Part shown: positions 59,932 to 64,000 of the stretch, piece after piece | Layout: the number at the start of each line of letters is the position of its first letter | Numbering within the stretch: position 1 is the first letter of the stretch | IMG/VR virus record: IMGVR_UViG_3300037258_001185 | Coordinates: 20,252 to 84,251 of that record | Source of the DNA: a virus | Strand: one strand, 5' to 3' | Length of the DNA: 64,000 nt | The notes under the pieces: model-generated | What the model saw: only the letters and a program-made list of their open reading frames with translations | Told to the model about the DNA's origin: nothing | Databases searched by the model: none | Translations under genes and position numbers: made by a program

Positions 59932-59971
59932 TCCGTTCCAATGATCGCAAGATCGCAAACCCGCCCGGTCC
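59903..59971 (+). promoter_or_regulatory. Predicted antiterminator
   Basis: GGGCCG-a-GG-a-CGGG (59903-59916) pairs with CCCG-CC-CGGTCC (59960-59971), enclosing two hairpins. Confidence 0.55.
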
Positions 59972-59989
59972 AGCCGAGGCGGGTTTTTT
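59957..59989 (+). terminator. Intrinsic terminator (attenuator) upstream of the tRNA array
   Basis: aaacccgcc-cgg-tccag-ccg-a-ggcggg plus T6. Confidence 0.85.
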
Positions 59990-60092
59990 GATGGGCGCGC
60001 AAGGCGCCACGACACGGCAGGTTCGGTGGAAGCCCCGAGCCCGAGACCGGAGAGATGCCGGCTGCAGCGACATTCGTTTGTCAATTTCACAT

Positions 60093-60169
60093 GGGCCTGT
60101 AGCTCAATCGGGAGAGCACCTGCTTTGCACGCAGGAGGTCGGGGGTTCGATTCCGCCCCAGGTCCACCA
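60093..60169 (+). tRNA. tRNA-Ala(TGC)
   Basis: Cloverleaf, G3:U70, CCA. Confidence 0.95.
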
Positions 60170-60171
60170 AC

Positions 60172-60195
60172 CATTTCGGTGACGTCACCGAAATG
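60172..60195. repeat. Perfect 24-bp palindrome
   Basis: CATTTCGGTGAC|GTCACCGAAATG. Confidence 0.9.
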
Positions 60196-60200
60196 ATCAT

Positions 60201-60275
60201 GCGGCAGTAGCTCAGAGGTAGAGCGTCACGTTGCCAACGTGGATGTCGGCGGTTCGATTCCGCTTTGCCGCTCCA
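60201..60275 (+). tRNA. tRNA-Gly(GCC)
   Basis: Cloverleaf, U73, CCA. Confidence 0.95.
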
Positions 60276-60281
60276 GTTTGA

Positions 60282-60356
60282 TGCCGTGTAGCTCAGTGGG
60301 AGAGCAGCGCCCTCATAAGGCGCTGGCCGGCGGTTCGATCCCGCCCACGGCTACCA
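60282..60356 (+). tRNA. tRNA-Met or Ile2 (CAT)
   Basis: gcgcc-CTCATAA-ggcgc; U1:U72 mismatch; CCA. Confidence 0.9.
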
Positions 60357-60362
60357 GTTTGA

Positions 60363-60436
60363 TGCGGGCAGGCCAAGCGGCCCTTCCGGTCTCATAAGCC
60401 GGAACCGTCCAGGGGCAGTACCTGGGCCCGCAACCA
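60363..60436 (+). tRNA. tRNA-Met(CAT), possibly initiator-like, atypical T loop
   Basis: tgcgggc/gcccgca acceptor; T loop GGCAGTA; CCA. Confidence 0.75.
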
Positions 60437-60438
60437 AT

Positions 60439-60510
60439 CGTGGCGTCGGCTTAGTGGCGCGAGCCTATGTCGAAGCCGCACGGCCCGGCGGCGAAATTCA
60501 CCGGGCACCA
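60439..60510 (+). ncRNA. Structured element ending in a minihelix plus ACCA
   Basis: cggctt/aagccg stem with a GCGA tetraloop hairpin; gcccgg/ccgggc-A-CCA. Confidence 0.45.
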
Positions 60511-60514
60511 ATTC

Positions 60515-60590
60515 GCCGGTCTAGCAAAGGTGGTCCTCGCGCGTCGTTGAAAGCGACGACATCTCCGTTCGATCCGGAGGGCCGGCACCA
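60515..60590 (+). tRNA. tRNA-Phe(GAA)
   Basis: cgtcg-TTGAAAG-cgacg; CCA. Confidence 0.9.
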
Positions 60591-60593
60591 ATC

Positions 60594-60668
60594 GCGGGCG
60601 TAGCTCAGTGGTAGAGCCGGAGTTTTCCAAACTTCGGGTCGTCGGTTCGATTCCGACCGTCCGCTCCA
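60594..60668 (+). tRNA. tRNA-Gly(TCC)
   Basis: Cloverleaf; CCA. Confidence 0.93.
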
Positions 60669-60676
60669 GTTCTTAT

Positions 60677-60753
60677 TCCCATCGGTCCCTGCTGGTAGGG
60701 GAGCGAGCCTGTTAAGCTCGTCGGTCGTGGTTCGAGTCCACGGATGGGAGCCA
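60677..60753 (+). tRNA. tRNA-Asn(GTT)
   Basis: cgagc-CTGTTAA-gctcg; G73; CCA. Confidence 0.9.
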
Positions 60754-60756
60754 TTT

Positions 60757-60829
60757 GCGGGCGAGCAGCGGCCTGCCGGCGGGACTCCAAACCCCGGCTG
60801 AGGGAGTTCGACACTCTCCGCCCGTGCCA
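60757..60829 (+). tRNA. tRNA-Trp(CCA)
   Basis: CTCCAAA loop; G73; CCA. Confidence 0.85.
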
Positions 60830-60833
60830 GTAC

Positions 60834-60908
60834 GCGTCGCATCCCAAACGGTGAGGGCCCGGCCTGCAAAACCGGAGATACGCGGTTCAATTCCGCGGCG
60901 ACGCTCCA
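60834..60908 (+). tRNA. tRNA-Cys(GCA)
   Basis: CTGCAAA loop; U73; CCA. Confidence 0.9.
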
Positions 60909-60910
60909 GT

Positions 60911-61022
60911 TCGCGCAGCGGCGTGGAGAACACGCATCATCGCATCGGGTGCCTGGGTCGGATGCACCGGCCTCTACGGAGACGGGCGGAAACAGGAAGC
61001 CGGCTTTGGCCGGCCTGCGCGA
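60911..61022 (+). ncRNA. Structured tRNA-like ncRNA (possibly skipping-rope-like)
   Basis: 8-bp closing stem tcgcgcag/ctgcgcga; gcgtg-gagaa-cacgc and gccgg...ccggc arms. Confidence 0.5.
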
Positions 61023-61030
61023 TACTCTAT

Positions 61031-61107
61031 GGTGACGTGAGGGAGCAGGCGAACCCGGCCGGCTGTGAACCGGCCTTCGAGCGGATCGATACCGCTACGT
61101 CACCCCA
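61031..61107 (+). tRNA. tRNA-His(GTG) with encoded G-1:C73
   Basis: g-gtgacgt/acgtcac-c-CCA; CTGTGAA loop. Confidence 0.88.
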
Positions 61108-61108
61108 T

Positions 61109-61184
61109 GCCGGCGTAGCTCAGCGGTAGAGCAATCGCCTTGTAAGCGATCGGTCGCGGGTTCGATCCCTCGCCGCCGGCTCCA
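61109..61184 (+). tRNA. tRNA-Thr(TGT)
   Basis: Cloverleaf; CCA. Confidence 0.93.
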
Positions 61185-61191
61185 GTTTTTT

Positions 61192-61267
61192 GGCGCGTTC
61201 GAGGACAGCTTCCTCCGCCCGGCTCTGACCCGGGTAGCACACCGGGCAGCATGGTGGCGCGCTTCCA
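61192..61267 (+). tRNA. tRNA-Gln(CTG), atypical T loop
   Basis: cccgg-CTCTGAC-ccggg; T loop GGCAGCA; CCA. Confidence 0.72.
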
Positions 61268-61270
61268 TTC

Positions 61271-61342
61271 GGCCCGTGGCCCAGGTGGGTAACGCGGCCC
61301 TTGAAGCCGCACGGCTTGGTTCGACACCGAGGCGGGCTCCCA
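61271..61342 (+). tRNA. tRNA-Gln(TTG), C33
   Basis: gcggc-CCTTGAA-gccgc; CCA. Confidence 0.78.
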
Positions 61343-61345
61343 TCT

Positions 61346-61421
61346 CGCCCGTTCGTCTAGCAGTTCTGGACACCCGCCCCTCAAGCGGGAGGTAAGGGGG
61401 CAGCACCCTTACGGGCGGCCA
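61346..61421 (+). tRNA. tRNA-Glu(CTC), C33, atypical T loop
   Basis: cccgc-CCCTCAA-gcggg; Glu-type TCGTCTAG D arm; T loop GGCAGCA. Confidence 0.75.
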
Positions 61422-61425
61422 ATCC

Positions 61426-61512
61426 GAGAGCGTGGCCTTGTAGGGAATCCTGGCACACCTTGCGCGTTCAGACCGCGTGGCTTTGCGAGTTCGAGTCTCG
61501 CCGCTCTCACCA
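61426..61512 (+). tRNA. tRNA-Leu(CAG), unusual architecture
   Basis: gcgcg-TTCAGAC-cgcgt; short variable region; insertion before the D arm; A73, CCA. Confidence 0.75.
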
Positions 61513-61516
61513 ATTC

Positions 61517-61605
61517 GGATGGTCAACCGGCCGCCCGGCCGGCCCCGGTTGGAAACCGGGCGGCACCCGCAAGGGCGTGCGGATCGAGACCGCGGCCATC
61601 CTCCA
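61517..61605 (+). tRNA. tRNA-Ser(GGA)
   Basis: Long variable arm with GCAA loop; CCA. Confidence 0.82.
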
Positions 61606-61610
61606 CAAAT

Positions 61611-61700
61611 GGGTGGTCAACCGGACAAGCGCGCCGGCTCGGCTTCGAAGCCCGGAGGCGCCCGCAAGGGCGTGGGGAGCATGCCCTCGGCCACCCGCCA
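61611..61700 (+). tRNA. tRNA-Ser(CGA), atypical T loop
   Basis: TTCGAAG loop; long variable arm; G73, CCA. Confidence 0.72.
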
Positions 61701-61706
61701 GACAAC

Positions 61707-61794
61707 GGAGAGCGAAGTGGACAAGCGCGCCACGGCCGGCCTGAACCCGGCGCGAGCCGCAAGGCTTGGAAGGCAGGATCTCCGCTCTCCGCCA
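61707..61794 (+). tRNA. tRNA-Ser(TGA), C33, atypical T arm
   Basis: gccgg-CCTGAAC-ccggc; long variable arm; G73, CCA. Confidence 0.72.
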
Positions 61795-61861
61795 GCTCGA
61801 GCATTGCGACGGCTCGGCCACCAGGTCGTGCCGAGCGGCAAGCGCTATTCGCGCAAGGGAA

Positions 61862-61952
61862 GGGTGGCACAAGCGGAAGGCGTACCGCGGCGGGTTGCTA
61901 ACCCGATCGTGCCTTTTGCAGGCATTCGGTTCAAATCCGAGGCCGCCCGCCA
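61862..61952 (+). tRNA. tRNA-Ser(GCT)
   Basis: TTGCTAA loop; long variable arm; CCA. Confidence 0.85.
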
Positions 61953-61953
61953 C

Positions 61954-62028
61954 GCTGGCGTAGCTCAGTGGCAGAGCACCTCATTGGTAATGAGGTGGCC
62001 GTCGGTTCGATCCCGACCGTCAGCACCA
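61954..62028 (+). tRNA. tRNA-Thr(GGT)
   Basis: Cloverleaf; CCA. Confidence 0.95.
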
Positions 62029-62033
62029 GTTTC

Positions 62034-62121
62034 GGGGAAGTGTCACCGGCGGGACGCCGGACGCGGGCTGTAAACCCGTCGCCCTTCGGGGCGCGCTGTT
62101 CGACTCAGCCTTTCCCCACCA
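62034..62121 (+). tRNA. tRNA-Tyr(GTA)
   Basis: CTGTAAA loop; variable arm with TTCG loop; CCA. Confidence 0.85.
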
Positions 62122-62122
62122 C

Positions 62123-62198
62123 GCTCCTGTAGCTCAATGGCAGAGCAGGCGGTCGATAACCGCCCGACGATGAGGTTCGATTCCTCCCGGGAGTACCA
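62123..62198 (+). tRNA. tRNA-Ile(GAT), C33
   Basis: ggcgg-TCGATAA-ccgcc; CCA. Confidence 0.88.
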
Positions 62199-62202
62199 GT
62201 TT

Positions 62203-62277
62203 GGGGGCGTAACTCAGCGGCAGAGTAGCGGCCTCTTAAGCCGTCACGCGTGGGTTCGAGTCCCACCGCCCCCACCA
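62203..62277 (+). tRNA. tRNA-Lys(CTT)
   Basis: Cloverleaf; CCA. Confidence 0.95.
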
Positions 62278-62338
62278 GTTCGCGCGCTCGACGGGGCGCG
62301 CGCCGCGGCATAGGTCCAATGGCGGCCGCGGCACCTTT

Positions 62339-62413
62339 GCGCACGTCGCACTCTGGGAGTGCCGCCGGCTGTCTACCGGCCGCAGGCGGGTTCGATTCCC
62401 GTCGTGCGCGCCA
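62339..62413 (+). tRNA. tRNA-Asp(GTC)
   Basis: gccgg-CTGTCTA-ccggc (U37); G73, CCA. Confidence 0.88.
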
Positions 62414-62417
62414 TTCG

Positions 62418-62492
62418 GCCGGCGTGGCGACAGGAGCGCCACCGAGAATCCTAGTCTCGGCTCTCCCGGTTCGAGTCCGGGCGTCGGCTCCA
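62418..62492 (+). tRNA. tRNA-Arg(CCT)
   Basis: cgaga-ATCCTAG-tctcg; CCA. Confidence 0.8.
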
Positions 62493-62493
62493 G

Positions 62494-62568
62494 CGGAGCG
62501 TAGCGCAGCGGTAGCGCGCCTGCTTTGGGAGCAGGACGTCGTCGGTTCGATCCCGACCGCTCCGACCA
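62494..62568 (+). tRNA. tRNA-Pro(TGG)
   Basis: C1:G72; cloverleaf; CCA. Confidence 0.95.
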
Positions 62569-62575
62569 GATTTAA

Positions 62576-62643
62576 CGGAGGGTAGCCCAGCGGCTAAGGC
62601 GCCTCGTTCGGGGCGAGGAGATCGAATCCCTTCCTTCCGCCCA
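62576..62643 (+). pseudogene. tRNA-Pro(CGG) missing the 5' strand of the T arm
   Basis: Intact acceptor, D and anticodon arms; about 8 nt missing at agatcga^atccctt. Confidence 0.75.
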
Positions 62644-62649
62644 TTTTGT

Positions 62650-62722
62650 GCCCGGCTCGCCAAGCGGCAAAGGCATCGCGTTTACACCGCGACATTCGGG
62701 GGTTCGAGTCCCTCGCCGGGTA
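62650..62722 (+). tRNA. tRNA-Val(TAC), CCA not fully encoded
   Basis: tcgcg-TTTACAC-cgcga; only A73+C before the next tRNA. Confidence 0.88.
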
Positions 62723-62723
62723 C

Positions 62724-62798
62724 GGGCGCGTAGCTCAGTGGCAGAGCGCCTGCTCGACATGCAGGAGGCGGCCGGTTCGATTCCAGCCGCGCCCACCA
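62724..62798 (+). tRNA. tRNA-Val(GAC), C33
   Basis: cctgc-TCGACAT-gcagg; CCA. Confidence 0.9.
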
Positions 62799-62801
62799 TT
62801 T

Positions 62802-62877
62802 CGCCCGGTCGTCTACAGGATAGGATTTCTGGCCTTTCAAGCCGGGGACACGGGTTCGAATCCCGTTCGGGCGCCCA
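62802..62877 (+). tRNA. tRNA-Glu(TTC)
   Basis: CTTTCAA loop; CCA. Confidence 0.88.
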
Positions 62878-62883
62878 AACACT

Positions 62884-62957
62884 GCCCTCGCCGGCGGAAA
62901 CCGGCGGCAGGCCTACGAAGCCAGCTCGCGGGGGTTCGACTCCTCCCGGGGGCGCCA
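62884..62957 (+). tRNA. tRNA-Arg(ACG)
   Basis: CTACGAA loop; reduced D arm; CCA. Confidence 0.8.
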
Positions 62958-62963
62958 ATCACC

Positions 62964-63036
62964 GGCCTCTGCGCTGGGACGCGGGCGGGCCTTCTAAGCC
63001 TGCCGCCGCTCGGTTCGATCCCGAGAGAGGTCGCCA
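62964..63036 (+). tRNA. tRNA-Arg(TCT)
   Basis: CTTCTAA loop; reduced D arm; CCA. Confidence 0.8.
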
Positions 63037-63040
63037 TCAT

Positions 63041-63113
63041 GCGCTCGCCGGCGGATCCGGCGCCGCGGCTCCGAACCGCGGACGCGAAGGTTCGACTCCT
63101 TTCGGGCGCGCCA
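63041..63113 (+). tRNA. tRNA-Arg(CCG)
   Basis: cgcgg-CTCCGAA-ccgcg; reduced D arm; CCA. Confidence 0.8.
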
Positions 63114-63117
63114 ACAC

Positions 63118-63201
63118 GCGGCGGTGGCTGGAATTGGTAGACACGTCGGTCCCAAAAACCGATCCGCAAGGGTGAGGGTTCGAGTCCCTCCCGCCGCACC
63201 A
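63118..63201 (+). tRNA. tRNA-Leu(CAA), C33
   Basis: tcggt-CCCAAAA-accga; Leu-type D loop; variable arm; CCA. Confidence 0.85.
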
Positions 63202-63206
63202 TCAAC

Positions 63207-63279
63207 GCCGCCGTGAACGGATTTCCGTGTCCGCCTTTTAAGCGGAAGCAAGCAGGTGAGAATCCTGTCGGCGGCACCA
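63207..63279 (+). tRNA. tRNA-Lys(TTT), atypical D and T loops
   Basis: tccgc-CTTTTAA-gcgga; T loop TGAGAAT; CCA. Confidence 0.78.
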
Positions 63280-63281
63280 AT

Positions 63282-63356
63282 GCTGGCGTAGCTCAGTCGC
63301 AGAGCAGCCGCCTCGTAAGCGGCAGGTCGTCGGTTCAAGTCCGACCGTCAGCTCCA
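63282..63356 (+). tRNA. tRNA-Thr(CGT)
   Basis: Cloverleaf; CCA. Confidence 0.95.
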
Positions 63357-63373
63357 CTTTCACCGAGGTCGAG

Positions 63374-64000
63374 ATGCTCGCTGTCGCTGCTGATCGGCCT
63401 CAGGCCGAGCGAAGGCCGCTGCGCGGCCTCAGAACCCTTGTGCTCAACGCCGACTTCCGGCCCCTCAGCGCCTGGCCGCTGAGCCTGATGCCGGCGCAAG
63501 AGGCGGTGCACGCGCTGCTGCGCGATCGCGTCGCCGCCGTCGAGAACTGGCCGGATGCCTTCTATCGCTCGCCGTCGATGTCGATCGCGGTCCCCAAGGT
63601 CGTCGCGCTGCGCGAATACGCGCCCGTTCGCGGCGAGCCCAAGTGCACCCGGATCAACATCTACCTGCGCGACCGCTTCCGTTGCCAGTATTGCGGCGAG
63701 CGGTTCGAGCGCAGCGAGTTGACCTACGATCACGTCATCCCGCGCGCCAAGGGCGGCAAGACCGTGTGGACGAACATCCTGACGGCATGCGTCGGCTGCA
63801 ACGGCCGCAAGCGCGACCAGTTGCCGAACTTCTCCGGCCGCAAGGGCGTCGCCGGCCGGGACGGCTCGCTGCGGCCGCTCAAGGAGCCGCGGCGCCCAAC
63901 CGGCGCCGAGCTGGCGCGCGCCGGGCTGGAACTGCTGCCGGATGACGTGATTGCGGATTATGGTTCTTGGCTATATTGGCATACCGAGTTGAAGCAGTGA
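63374..64000 (+). CDS. HNH endonuclease (McrA-like)
   Basis: TLVLNADFRPL...RDRFRCQYCG...TYDHVIPRAKGG...NILTACVGCNGRK. Confidence 0.92.
   Translation: MLAVAADRPQAERRPLRGLRTLVLNADFRPLSAWPLSLMPAQEAVHALLRDRVAAVENWPDAFYRSPSMSIAVPKVVALREYAPVRGEPKCTRINIYLRDRFRCQYCGERFERSELTYDHVIPRAKGGKTVWTNILTACVGCNGRKRDQLPNFSGRKGVAGRDGSLRPLKEPRRPTGAELARAGLELLPDDVIADYGSWLYWHTELKQ

Noticed and set aside
61346-61512. Possible Sec or opal tRNAs (TCA in two loops)
   Set aside because: Stem registers give CTC (Glu) and CAG (Leu); no Sec-type long acceptor or variable arm
62418-62492. Possible amber suppressor (CTA in the anticodon loop)
   Set aside because: The 7-nt loop ATCCTAG centres on CCT (Arg); TAG is used as a normal stop in several genes here
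59724-63338. Track ORFs overlapping the leader and tRNA array
   Set aside because: They read through terminators and tRNA genes and have no protein motifs
59690-63360. GOLLD RNA or tmRNA within the tRNA region
   Set aside because: No uninterrupted stretch of several hundred nt inside the array; no tag ORF or matching tmRNA ends recognised

Overview
The whole window is the genome (or most of it) of a GC-rich, long-tailed phage. Its SSB, ECF sigma factor and GTA-like baseplate genes point to an alphaproteobacterial host; no host chromosomal genes or att junction are visible. Order: DNA methyltransferase with a nested out-of-frame HNH gene; DnaA-C / DUF1376 / SSB replication module; Cre-like tyrosine recombinase; nucleotide-metabolism trio; leftward accessory cassettes, each headed by a repeated promoter plus palindrome (LPD29, XRE, Dam, Dcm); Acb2-like protein, ECF sigma and four ParB/Srx-domain genes; terminase, portal, SpeD-like, protease, capsid; neck, tail and baseplate; lysis; tandem B-lectin gene; then a 3.3-kb array of 36 tRNA genes covering all 20 amino acids, with extra structured RNAs, ending at an HNH nuclease. 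The best candidate for an undescribed system lies just upstream of the array: a 53-codon leader ORF using 19 of 20 amino acids, overlapping a predicted antiterminator that competes with an intrinsic terminator. It could switch on the phage tRNA set whenever translation stalls, for example when host defences cleave tRNAs. All calls come from reading motifs and base pairing by eye; no searches or folding programs were run.
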